Source: Candidatus Kapaibacteriota bacterium
GTDB taxonomy: Bacteria > Bacteroidota > Ignavibacteria > Kapaibacteriales > UBA961
DNA length: 64,000 bases
NCBI GenBank assembly: GCA_049426725.1
Contig: JBMSYN010000012.1
Coordinates: 2,139-66,138 of the forward strand
Direction of reading: 5' to 3'
Positions 30,518-39,641 of the stretch are shown here, piece after piece. The notes under the pieces were generated by a model. It saw only the letters and a program-made list of their open reading frames with translations, was not told the origin of the DNA and did not search any database. Position 1 is the stretch's first letter; each line of letters begins with the position of its first letter. Both the position numbers and the translations under genes were made by a program.

Positions 30518-33156
30518 ATCTTTTCATAGTCTTTCTTCTCTCCTGCTTTGCAACAATCCAAATGCAAAGTCAACAATACTGCAATGCCTCTCTTTCTCTC
30601 GATGGAATCAATGATTATGGTTCGATTTCAGAGTCTTTTTTTCCTGATCCAGAACAAAGAACATTTACAATTGAGTTTTATGTAAAAAGTTTGGGAAACA
30701 CAGATCCTATTCCGGGTATTTGGGGTCAATATGGAACATCTTGCTATTTGGCAGTTTTTAATATGAGTGGCATACGCTTTTCATACTTAATCAATGGGCA
30801 AACTTTTTCAACAGATTCAACGATCAACACGATTGGAGAATGGGAGCATATTGCCATAACAGGCAATGAGCAAACGGGCAAGTTATCCATATTCAAAAAT
30901 GGAGTCAAGATTGGCGAAAGAGATCATGGCACACCAAATTGGGACTTTATTGACAATAGTTCAAGAATTGGTGCCATTCTCGACATCTTTGGCATGCAAG
31001 AAACATATTATTATCATGGATTGATTGATGACTTTCATGTTTCCGATTCTGTTCTCTACACTCAGGATTTCATTCCACCAACTCAAATCACCCCTAATTC
31101 TCGAACAAGAGTGCTTTATAATTTCAATTCAGTTGATGGTTCTGTGATTCAAGATGTATCAATAAACAATAATGATTTGACTTTGCACAATGGAGCTCAA
31201 TTGTCACAAGATGTTCCATATCCGGGTGGTAGTTCAATCATTATACAAGAACCTGTGAATCAATATCCTGATTTCGGGGAGCAAGCCCAGTTCACTCTTT
31301 CTGCAAATGGACAAATACAATGTCAATGGTATGTGAATACAGGAAATGGTTTTCAAATCATGTCCGATAATGATGAATATTCAGGTACAGAAACTTCGCA
31401 ATTAACCATCAAACAAGCATCAGCACAGTATAATAGCTACTTCTATCGCTGTATCGTACAGCGCGATCAATGTTCTGACACTTCCAATCAAGTTCGCGTA
31501 TTTGTTTGCGGTAAGATTTTGCAACAACCCGTAAATATAAATGCAATATCTGTAGATACAGGATCATTCACATTGAATCATACAGATGCAAATGCCACAT
31601 ATCAATGGCAATATTCAAATGGTGGCACTTTTGTGAATCTTATTCCGGGAAGCAATTATTCCGGAGTGAATAAGGGTACGCTGCGTGTAGACAAACGCGG
31701 TCTTGGTAAAGGACCTCATCTATATAGATGCATTGTTCAATCAAGCGTATGTGCAGATACTTCGACTACAGCACTGCTTCTTGTTTGTGGTACAATTGTG
31801 AATCAACCTGTTGATGTAAAAGGTAAACAAAATATATCCTGCTCTTTCAGTGTTAGCAATACAGATCCACAAGCAACTTTTCAATGGATTGTCAATAAAA
31901 ATCAGAGATATGAAATACTGAATGATGGAAATGGCATATCAGGCTCCAAAACATCACGTATCATGATTGACACAGCACGATTTTCGATGAATAGGTGGTC
32001 TTTCAGATGCATCATGTCATCAGGAATATGCATTGATACCTCAATGGCAGCAACTTTAAATATATGCGGTAGCCTCATTGGTCAGCCAAGTGTTCCATCT
32101 CTTTCTCGTCCTGGTAGCACTGTTACACTCAGCATTGTACATACTGATCTAGAAGCTCGCTTCCAATGGCAGAAATATGAAGCCAATGGATGGGTCAATG
32201 TAAAAGATGATATTACGATCTCAGGATCAAAAGCAAGAGAGATGTTTATTTCTAATGTTTCAACAAAAGATCATGATTCACGATATCGTTGTATTACACA
32301 TAGTGTGATTTGTACAGATACATCTCTTCCTGTACAATTAAATATTTGTGGTAGTATCACTGAACAACCTAACGGAATACAAGTGCGATCTGGAGCCATG
32401 GGATCAGTGTCTGTTACACACAGTGATATCTATGCACTATATCAATGGCAATCTTGGAATGGTACAATATTTAACAATCTCATTGATGCTGGTACAATAT
32501 CCGGAAGCAATGCAAGTACTGTGCGCTTCAATACATTGAGTATGAGTGATAATAATCGGAAACTTAGATGCATCATTAAGACTGGTGGATGCATTGATAC
32601 TACAAATGATATAACTATTGCTGTATGCGGTTCATTGATTATGCATCCATTCAATCAATCTGTCAAAGAAGGAAAGCAAGCACTGTTTAGCATTAAACAT
32701 GAAGATCCTACTGCAACTTTTCAATGGCAGATGTTTTCAAACAATGCTTTTATGAATCTCTTGAACAATCAGCAATTTAATGGTGTGCGAAATGATACAT
32801 TATTGATTTTACAAACAACACGCATTGATAGTGGATCAGTATTTCGTTGTTTGATCAATACAAATGGTTGTTTGGATACAAGTAATTCCGCACAATTATT
32901 CGTTATAACAGAACCAATGAACATATTGGATGATGATAAACTTCCTTTGGGGATTTATCCGCATCCGGTACAAGATATTCTGTGGATTCAAGGCGTTCAA
33001 GATTATCCTATCATCATCAAAAATATATTGGGTCAAACAATGATGCATGGCATAATCACACCTCAAGGTTTAGACATATCTTTACTGCAATCCGGTATTT
33101 ATGTATTGCAAAGTATGACAATGCCCATCAAAACTGTAACCTTCATCAAAAAATAG
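30514..33156 (+). CDS. LamG-like domain, six Cys-containing Ig-like repeats, T9SS CTD
   Basis: FTIEFYVK, WEHIAIT and GLIDDF (LamG); roughly 93-aa repeats QP...QW...RC...C.DT; IYPHP...SGIY CTD. Confidence 0.8.
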   Translation: MNLFIVFLLSCFATIQMQSQQYCNASLSLDGINDYGSISESFFPDPEQRTFTIEFYVKSLGNTDPIPGIWGQYGTSCYLAVFNMSGIRFSYLINGQTFSTDSTINTIGEWEHIAITGNEQTGKLSIFKNGVKIGERDHGTPNWDFIDNSSRIGAILDIFGMQETYYYHGLIDDFHVSDSVLYTQDFIPPTQITPNSRTRVLYNFNSVDGSVIQDVSINNNDLTLHNGAQLSQDVPYPGGSSIIIQEPVNQYPDFGEQAQFTLSANGQIQCQWYVNTGNGFQIMSDNDEYSGTETSQLTIKQASAQYNSYFYRCIVQRDQCSDTSNQVRVFVCGKILQQPVNINAISVDTGSFTLNHTDANATYQWQYSNGGTFVNLIPGSNYSGVNKGTLRVDKRGLGKGPHLYRCIVQSSVCADTSTTALLLVCGTIVNQPVDVKGKQNISCSFSVSNTDPQATFQWIVNKNQRYEILNDGNGISGSKTSRIMIDTARFSMNRWSFRCIMSSGICIDTSMAATLNICGSLIGQPSVPSLSRPGSTVTLSIVHTDLEARFQWQKYEANGWVNVKDDITISGSKAREMFISNVSTKDHDSRYRCITHSVICTDTSLPVQLNICGSITEQPNGIQVRSGAMGSVSVTHSDIYALYQWQSWNGTIFNNLIDAGTISGSNASTVRFNTLSMSDNNRKLRCIIKTGGCIDTTNDITIAVCGSLIMHPFNQSVKEGKQALFSIKHEDPTATFQWQMFSNNAFMNLLNNQQFNGVRNDTLLILQTTRIDSGSVFRCLINTNGCLDTSNSAQLFVITEPMNILDDDKLPLGIYPHPVQDILWIQGVQDYPIIIKNILGQTMMHGIITPQGLDISLLQSGIYVLQSMTMPIKTVTFIKK

Positions 33157-33196
33157 TTGTCATTGTTTTACTCTTTGAAGCAGTCTAGATCACTCT

Positions 33197-33811
33197 ATGC
33201 AGATTTTGATCTTTTTTAGCCTGTTCTTGATTTATGGTTCATTGTCAGCTCGTGAAATAACAATAAAACCATTTATCAGTAATCAACCTTTGGTTTTGCA
33301 CAAAGCAATGCTAGATTCAGATCATACCGTGCAGATTTCCACTTTCAAAGTATATGTGTGCTCGATAACTGATATTGATACAAAAGTTCACTTATTGGAA
33401 TTGGAACAGAACTTCTCTTTCACAATTAGTGATGTTAAGCAAACACTGATGTTTGGAATTGACTCCAATCAAACTGTGAACACAACCTTCAGTGATGCAC
33501 TTGACCCCATTCATGGAATGTTCTGGACATGGAATGCTGGTTATATCAATTGTAAAATTGAAGGTATTTATACTCATGCAAACAATGTAATAACCGAGTT
33601 TCAGTTGCATCTTGGTGGATATCGGTTTCCTGATGCGACATCCCATGTGATAAATATACCCAAAGGTAAAAAAGACATTCAGATTGAAATAGACATAAAA
33701 CCTGCCTTGGATCAGATGATGAAAGAAGGCAAGCAGAGAATTATGATACCAGGCAAAGATGCCAAGGTATTATCAGATTTATTGTACTCATCGATAAGAA
33801 TATCAAATTGA
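33197..33811 (+). CDS. MbnP-family copper-binding protein
   Basis: LDPIHGMFWTWNAGYINCKIEG containing WxW (W110/W112), downstream HLGG, and an adjacent di-heme peroxidase gene. Confidence 0.75.
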   Translation: MQILIFFSLFLIYGSLSAREITIKPFISNQPLVLHKAMLDSDHTVQISTFKVYVCSITDIDTKVHLLELEQNFSFTISDVKQTLMFGIDSNQTVNTTFSDALDPIHGMFWTWNAGYINCKIEGIYTHANNVITEFQLHLGGYRFPDATSHVINIPKGKKDIQIEIDIKPALDQMMKEGKQRIMIPGKDAKVLSDLLYSSIRISN

Positions 33812-34812
33812 AATCTTTGATGCTCATATCATTTGGTATTATGCTTTTAATGGGTTTCAATAATGAAATCCCCAGTCATATTCCCAAACCCAAGAGAGCA
33901 TTACCGGATTCAAAGAAAGACTCTTCACGTATTGCATTGGGAAGAGCTTTATTTTATGATCCAATTCTCTCAAGAGATACAACCATTTCTTGTGCATCTT
34001 GTCATTCTCAGTATAATGGTTTTACACATTCAGATCATGCTTTGAGTCATGGCATTGAAGATAGAATCGGAAAGCGAAATGCTCCATCACTGGTCAATCT
34101 TGCTTGGAGCGATGCATTCATGTGGGATGGTGCAAGTTTTTCTTTGGAAGCACAAGTATTGACACCATTAACTGCACATCATGAAATGGACAATTCTTTG
34201 GATACAATCATCTATCGTTTAAAGATGCATGATAGATATCCATCAATGTTCTATGACGCATATAAAGATAGTACAATCACTATTGCACATATTGTCAAAT
34301 CAATTGCAAGTTTTGAATCGCAATTCATTTCTTTTCAATCACGATATGATTCTGTTCAAAAAGAGTTAACTGTGTTTACTGATCAAGAAAATACAGGATA
34401 TGCTTTGTTCAAGCAACATTGCAATAGTTGTCATCAAGAGCCACTGTTCACAAACAATGCATTTGCCGATAATGGTTTATCAATGAATAAAGCATTGCCC
34501 GATAGTGGAAGATATGCCATAACCAATGCCATGCAAGATATGCGTCATTTCAAGGTACCAACGCTTCGGAATATTGTATACACATTCCCGTATATGCATG
34601 ATGGCAGATTTTCGAGACTACGCGATGTACTCAATCATTATGCATACAATATTGACACAACTGATCTAAATCGAGACATAATAAAGCCAATGTATTTGAC
34701 TTCCAATCAGATAACTGATGTGATGGCATTTCTGTATACTCTGACCGATAAGTCTTTCCTTTTTAATCCACGTTTTGGTGACCCAATGTATTTGCAGCGA
34801 GTAAAACAATGA
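33808..34812 (+). CDS. MbnH/MauG-like di-heme cytochrome c peroxidase
   Basis: LGRALFYD, CASCH, RNAPSL, WDG, CNSCH, FKVPTLRNI and PYMHDG; TTG start overlaps the upstream stop. Confidence 0.9.
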   Translation: MKSLMLISFGIMLLMGFNNEIPSHIPKPKRALPDSKKDSSRIALGRALFYDPILSRDTTISCASCHSQYNGFTHSDHALSHGIEDRIGKRNAPSLVNLAWSDAFMWDGASFSLEAQVLTPLTAHHEMDNSLDTIIYRLKMHDRYPSMFYDAYKDSTITIAHIVKSIASFESQFISFQSRYDSVQKELTVFTDQENTGYALFKQHCNSCHQEPLFTNNAFADNGLSMNKALPDSGRYAITNAMQDMRHFKVPTLRNIVYTFPYMHDGRFSRLRDVLNHYAYNIDTTDLNRDIIKPMYLTSNQITDVMAFLYTLTDKSFLFNPRFGDPMYLQRVKQ

Positions 34813-37232
34813 TTAGACTTTTATGCTTTCTTCTAAGTGCTACAACAGCATTTTCTCAAACAAATCCCATCATTACTTCTTGGCTGCAGAACACTACCAT
34901 TGTGGGTAGTTATTATCAGAAGAATAATTCAACTGCAATAAGTAATAATATCATTGTCAATGTTCAAAAAGTTCAATATTCAACTACCAGTGTATATATA
35001 AATACCAATGGAATTCCAGCATATCCTACAGGACCTTTCCTTGATGGAAATCCGTCCCAGGCACAAAGTCAAAATACCATTTTTAAATTTCCTTTAAATC
35101 CACAACAGAACACGGGAAATCCGACTGCAACAACAGGTGGAAATATTGGAATATTCATCAATGGTGTTGCATTGTTTGATTATCGAGATGGTGTTTCGTG
35201 GAAGACATCGCAAAATAGATTACTGGGAGGTCCACTTGGAGGTCAAGGAGACAATGTATGGAATCGAGATGCTATCGTTGCAGAAAGAATAGGTTTTGAT
35301 TGTGCAAAAGGTCATCCGGCAATGGGAAATTACCATCATCATCAGAATCCCTCGGCTTTTAAATTGGATAAAACGGTTATCTCAACCATTTGTTCATTAT
35401 ATGATTCCGACGGTTTATATACAATCAATGCCAATGTTCATTCTCCATTGATTGGCTTTGCCTATGATGGATTCCCAATCTATGGCGCTTATGGTTATAA
35501 GAACAAGGATGGATCAGGTGGAATAGTACGAATGAAATCTTCATATCAATTACGAAACATATCTGTTCGAACTCATTATGCGGATGGGACTGATGTACTT
35601 GATGGTCCGGCAGTCAATTCTTCATATCCTCTTGGATATTTTCGCGAAGATTATGTGTATGTTTCTCACTCAGAGTCAGATTATTTGGACGATCACAATG
35701 GAAGATTTTGTGTTACACCCGAATATCCAAATGGCATCTATGCATATTTTAGTACTGTTGATGATAATTGGAATTCAGCATATCCTTATGTGGTTGGTCC
35801 GACATTTTACGGAATTAAAACAGCTACCAAAGTACCAAGCATATCTGAGCCAACAACCGTCTACACAATTCCGAACCCAACATTGGATATTTCTCCACCT
35901 TCAATAACAATTGCACCTGCAGCATTATCTGTCAATATTCAAGTCACTTCAAACACAGCCTGGAATGTTTCTAGTAATCAAGCATGGGCTATTCCATCCA
36001 TTTTGAATGGAACAGGAAATACAGTTGTAGGCATACAGTGTGCAGAAAACAAAGGCATTGGAAGCAGAAATGCAACTATAACATTTTCTGCAAATGGACT
36101 ACCCGCTAAAACAGCATTTATTACTCAAAGAGATAGTATTATCACTCTTTCTTTGAATAAACAAAGCGTATTGTTTCCCGCTTATGCATCAACAGATAGC
36201 GCAGTATCTATTTCTTCCAATGCAAATTGGACAATAACCACATCTGATCCTTGGATCCATTGTAGTCCTATGGAAGGATCCGGAAATGCAAGTATCATCA
36301 TCAATGCTGATGTGCATACAGATACAGTAAAGAGATATGGATCAGTCTCTGTACAAGCCGGAAACTCAATTATTAAAACAATTGCGATAACTCAACTTGA
36401 TTCAGTTCATGTTCCATCAGTCATGGCTGCTGATATTGATACAATTTTTCTGAATGCTGGAAAGAATAGTTCTTATTCGTTCAAATTGGTTTCAAATACC
36501 CCATGGAAAGTAATATCTCCAGCTACATGGCTTAATATTCAACCTGATTCTGGAAATACTACACAGATGATAATGGTTACTGCAAAGGAGAATATTTCAT
36601 CACCTAGAAAGTCGGTTATTCTCATCAAAGGGATCAATGTAAAAGATATAATGATACCCGTAATTCAAAAAGATAGCATAAAATTGTCACTTACTCTGTC
36701 GGCAGACACTTTATATGTACCTGCAAAAGAAAAAGACCATTTCATCATTCTCACTTCAAATACGCCTTGGAAGTGTCTTACTTATGATTCTTGGATTCAT
36801 ATTAAAAATGATACTGGAAATTCGAGTTCACTACTATCATTTACTACTACTCTGAATGATTCTAAATCAAAGAGATTAGGTACTATCCATGTTCAAGGAT
36901 TATCTGTTCCTCAACAATCTTTAACTATCATTCAGTCTGATACTGTTCTTACACCAAGCAATATATCAGAATCAGCTATTGATGATGTTGTAAGTCTCTT
37001 TCCAAACCCTGCCAATGATCTACTTGTGATACAAGCAAAGTCGCTGATAAGGGAATCCCTGACATTGAAACTTTTTGACATGATGGGAAGAGAAATAGAC
37101 ACAACGATGCTGTATCAAGGCAGCACCATTGCATTCTTTGATGTGTCCACCTTGTATGATGGAACATATCAACTCTCGATTATAGGAAGAGAGTATAATC
37201 TTCAACAAACAATTATTATTCAACATCAATGA
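34809..37232 (+). CDS. YHYH-domain protein with four BACON-like repeats and T9SS CTD
   Basis: GIFINGV, GHP..GNYHHH, HSPLIGFAYDGFPIYG and LDDHNGRF..TPEYP.G.YAYF; four SNx.W...W repeats; FPNP CTD. Confidence 0.8.
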   Translation: MIRLLCFLLSATTAFSQTNPIITSWLQNTTIVGSYYQKNNSTAISNNIIVNVQKVQYSTTSVYINTNGIPAYPTGPFLDGNPSQAQSQNTIFKFPLNPQQNTGNPTATTGGNIGIFINGVALFDYRDGVSWKTSQNRLLGGPLGGQGDNVWNRDAIVAERIGFDCAKGHPAMGNYHHHQNPSAFKLDKTVISTICSLYDSDGLYTINANVHSPLIGFAYDGFPIYGAYGYKNKDGSGGIVRMKSSYQLRNISVRTHYADGTDVLDGPAVNSSYPLGYFREDYVYVSHSESDYLDDHNGRFCVTPEYPNGIYAYFSTVDDNWNSAYPYVVGPTFYGIKTATKVPSISEPTTVYTIPNPTLDISPPSITIAPAALSVNIQVTSNTAWNVSSNQAWAIPSILNGTGNTVVGIQCAENKGIGSRNATITFSANGLPAKTAFITQRDSIITLSLNKQSVLFPAYASTDSAVSISSNANWTITTSDPWIHCSPMEGSGNASIIINADVHTDTVKRYGSVSVQAGNSIIKTIAITQLDSVHVPSVMAADIDTIFLNAGKNSSYSFKLVSNTPWKVISPATWLNIQPDSGNTTQMIMVTAKENISSPRKSVILIKGINVKDIMIPVIQKDSIKLSLTLSADTLYVPAKEKDHFIILTSNTPWKCLTYDSWIHIKNDTGNSSSLLSFTTTLNDSKSKRLGTIHVQGLSVPQQSLTIIQSDTVLTPSNISESAIDDVVSLFPNPANDLLVIQAKSLIRESLTLKLFDMMGREIDTTMLYQGSTIAFFDVSTLYDGTYQLSIIGREYNLQQTIIIQHQ
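34855..34894 (+). repeat. 40-bp exact direct repeat, copy 1 (copy 2 at 37284-37323)
   Basis: CTCAAACAAATCCCATCATTACTTCTTGGCTGCAGAACAC at the mature N-terminus of both YHYH paralogs. Confidence 0.85.
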
Positions 37233-38572
37233 ACAAAACAATGAAATTTGCATTGCTTTTGATGAGCATTGTTACAATACATGCTCAAACAAATCCCATC
37301 ATTACTTCTTGGCTGCAGAACACAAGCAAGCTTGGAAGTTATTACATGAAGAATAATTCAACGCCAATAAGTAATAATATCAAAGCGAATGTACAATTGG
37401 TGAGATATTCTTCGAACAATGTATATGTTTCCACAAATGGTATTCCCACCTATCCAACCGGCCCTTTTCAGGATGGTAATCCATCACAGGCACAAAGTCA
37501 AAACGGGATATTTCGATTCCCCTTAACTGCATCAAAAAACACAGGAAATCCTGTCAAGACCACCATGGGGAATATTGGATTATTCATCAATGGTGTTGCA
37601 TTATTTGATTCTCGTGATGGGGTATCATGGAATAATGCCCAACAAAGAGTTGTGGGTGGACCAATCATGGGGAAAGGTGATGGAATATGGAATCGCGATG
37701 CAATCGTAGCTGAAAGAGTTGGATTTGATTGTTCCAAGGGTCATCCTGCAATGGGGAATTATCATCATCATCAAAATCCATCAGCATTCAAATTAGATAA
37801 GAAAGTGATCTATGATGTATGTTCACTCTATGATGCTGAAGGACTTTATGCAATCAATCCTGCAATGCATTCACCACTCATTGGTTTTGCTTATGATGGC
37901 TTTCCTGTATATGGTGCTTATGCATTCAAAAATACTGATGGCACAGGTGACATTGTTCGCATGAAATCGGGTTATCAATTGAGATCAATCACAAATCGCA
38001 CTCATTTGGCTAATGGAACGGATGTAACTGATGGTCCTTCTGTCAATGGTACATTTCCTTTGGGGTATTTCATTGAAGATTATGAATTTATTTCTCATCC
38101 CGGAGAAAATGATTATTTGGATGAACATAATGGTCGTTTTTGCATCACTCCTGAGTATCCAAATGGCACCTATGCTTATTTCTGTACAGTTGATGAACAA
38201 TGGAATTCAACATTCCCTTATGCAGTTGGCCCAACCTTTTATGGTTCGATTGTTGCAGCCAAGGTAAATTCCGTTTCCGAACCGGTAGAAACATATACAT
38301 CCATAAGCTCAATTCAAGAAATACAGTCATCAGGTTTTTCCATGTTTTTTGGCGGTAATGATTTACTCATCATACAATCTCAAGACATCATCCGTAATCC
38401 TCTAGACATAAAGCTATATGATTTACAAGGAAGAATGATAGCCGGTACGGTTCTCGAACAAGGAAGTACGATTGCTCATATTGACTGTTCATTATTCCAT
38501 GATGGAGTATATGCTTTACATATCTCATCCGGAGTGAAAACCATAGAACAACAAGTTATTATCAAGCATTGA
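37229..38572 (+). CDS. YHYH-domain protein paralog with degenerate T9SS CTD
   Basis: Same motifs as the upstream paralog, no BACON repeats; LYDLQGR...GVY CTD; ATGA overlap. Confidence 0.8.
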   Translation: MNKTMKFALLLMSIVTIHAQTNPIITSWLQNTSKLGSYYMKNNSTPISNNIKANVQLVRYSSNNVYVSTNGIPTYPTGPFQDGNPSQAQSQNGIFRFPLTASKNTGNPVKTTMGNIGLFINGVALFDSRDGVSWNNAQQRVVGGPIMGKGDGIWNRDAIVAERVGFDCSKGHPAMGNYHHHQNPSAFKLDKKVIYDVCSLYDAEGLYAINPAMHSPLIGFAYDGFPVYGAYAFKNTDGTGDIVRMKSGYQLRSITNRTHLANGTDVTDGPSVNGTFPLGYFIEDYEFISHPGENDYLDEHNGRFCITPEYPNGTYAYFCTVDEQWNSTFPYAVGPTFYGSIVAAKVNSVSEPVETYTSISSIQEIQSSGFSMFFGGNDLLIIQSQDIIRNPLDIKLYDLQGRMIAGTVLEQGSTIAHIDCSLFHDGVYALHISSGVKTIEQQVIIKH

Positions 38573-38656
38573 TTACATTGGGGATAACTTAAAGTATTGA
38601 CCTCATGATTTCCTCGTATACTTGCACAAATACGTTTAACATGTACTCATTCTGAC

Positions 38657-39616
38657 ATGAATATCATTCTTGCTTTTTTGATATTGACTTCATTTGTTCA
38701 TCCTGCAATCCAAGCAAAACCCGATACGGTGAAAATTGGAATGTATCTCACTTCATTACATGATTTCAATCTATCAGATCATTCATTCAAATATGATGCA
38801 TATTATTGGTGTAGATATACCAATCCTTCATTTGATTTCGCAAATGAATTCGAGGTGATGAACTCTAATGATGTCACACTTGAATCGCCATATATTGAAA
38901 CCATTGGAAATGAATATCTTTTCTCAACAAAAACAAAAGCTACAGTAAGACAATTATGGAAAACGAAAGATTATCCATTTGACAAGCAAACGCTTGTAAT
39001 ATCAGTTGAATCCTCAAAGAATGATACAACCAAAATGGTTTTTGTATGTGATCATAAAAATTCTCGATATCAAGATTCCCTCCAAACATTACTTCCGGAG
39101 TGGAATATCAAAAACACAGATTTCACAATCACTTCATCAAAGTATTCAACAAATTTTGGCTCTGAGAATTTGGGGAATACAAGTTATAATTCATCATTTA
39201 ACATGGTGATTCAACTAGAACGAAAAGAGTCATTTCTCGTTCTTTTTAAACTGATAACCGGTGTGCTCGTGGCTTTTGTTATCTCATGTTGTGTGTTTTT
39301 CATCAAGCCCTTTAATATTGATCCCCGTTTTGGTCTTTGTGTTGGTGGTTTGTTTGCAACAATTGGAAATAAGTATATCATTGAAGGAATGGTCCCATCC
39401 ACGAATGAAGTAACAATGCTTGATGACATTCACAATGTCACGCTTGTGTTTATCTTTCTCATTATCACCATCTCAGTTATCTCTCTTCATTTATATGAGA
39501 AAGGTTCAACAAAATCATTGAAGCTTTCCAAGCTTATTGACAAAGTATCTTTCTATACCGTAGCCATTTCATATACTACATTACTTATCGGCATAATCGC
39601 AAGTCATATTTATTAA
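38657..39616 (+). CDS. Prokaryotic pentameric ligand-gated ion channel (Pro-loop/Cys-loop superfamily)
   Basis: Signal peptide, beta-sandwich with YPFDKQ Pro-loop and EW, R before M1, four C-terminal TMs, P..N..T.LD in the M2-M3 loop. Confidence 0.8.
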   Translation: MNIILAFLILTSFVHPAIQAKPDTVKIGMYLTSLHDFNLSDHSFKYDAYYWCRYTNPSFDFANEFEVMNSNDVTLESPYIETIGNEYLFSTKTKATVRQLWKTKDYPFDKQTLVISVESSKNDTTKMVFVCDHKNSRYQDSLQTLLPEWNIKNTDFTITSSKYSTNFGSENLGNTSYNSSFNMVIQLERKESFLVLFKLITGVLVAFVISCCVFFIKPFNIDPRFGLCVGGLFATIGNKYIIEGMVPSTNEVTMLDDIHNVTLVFIFLIITISVISLHLYEKGSTKSLKLSKLIDKVSFYTVAISYTTLLIGIIASHIY

Positions 39617-39641
39617 TGAAGATTGACTATCAATCGATGTT

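Noticed and set aside
33197-34812. Methanobactin biosynthetic cluster
   Set aside because: No MbnA precursor, MbnB/MbnC or TonB-dependent MbnT in the window
30514-38572. CRISPR array or DGR suggested by repeats
   Set aside because: Repeats are protein-domain repeats or paralogy; no repeat-spacer periodicity, cas genes or reverse transcriptase
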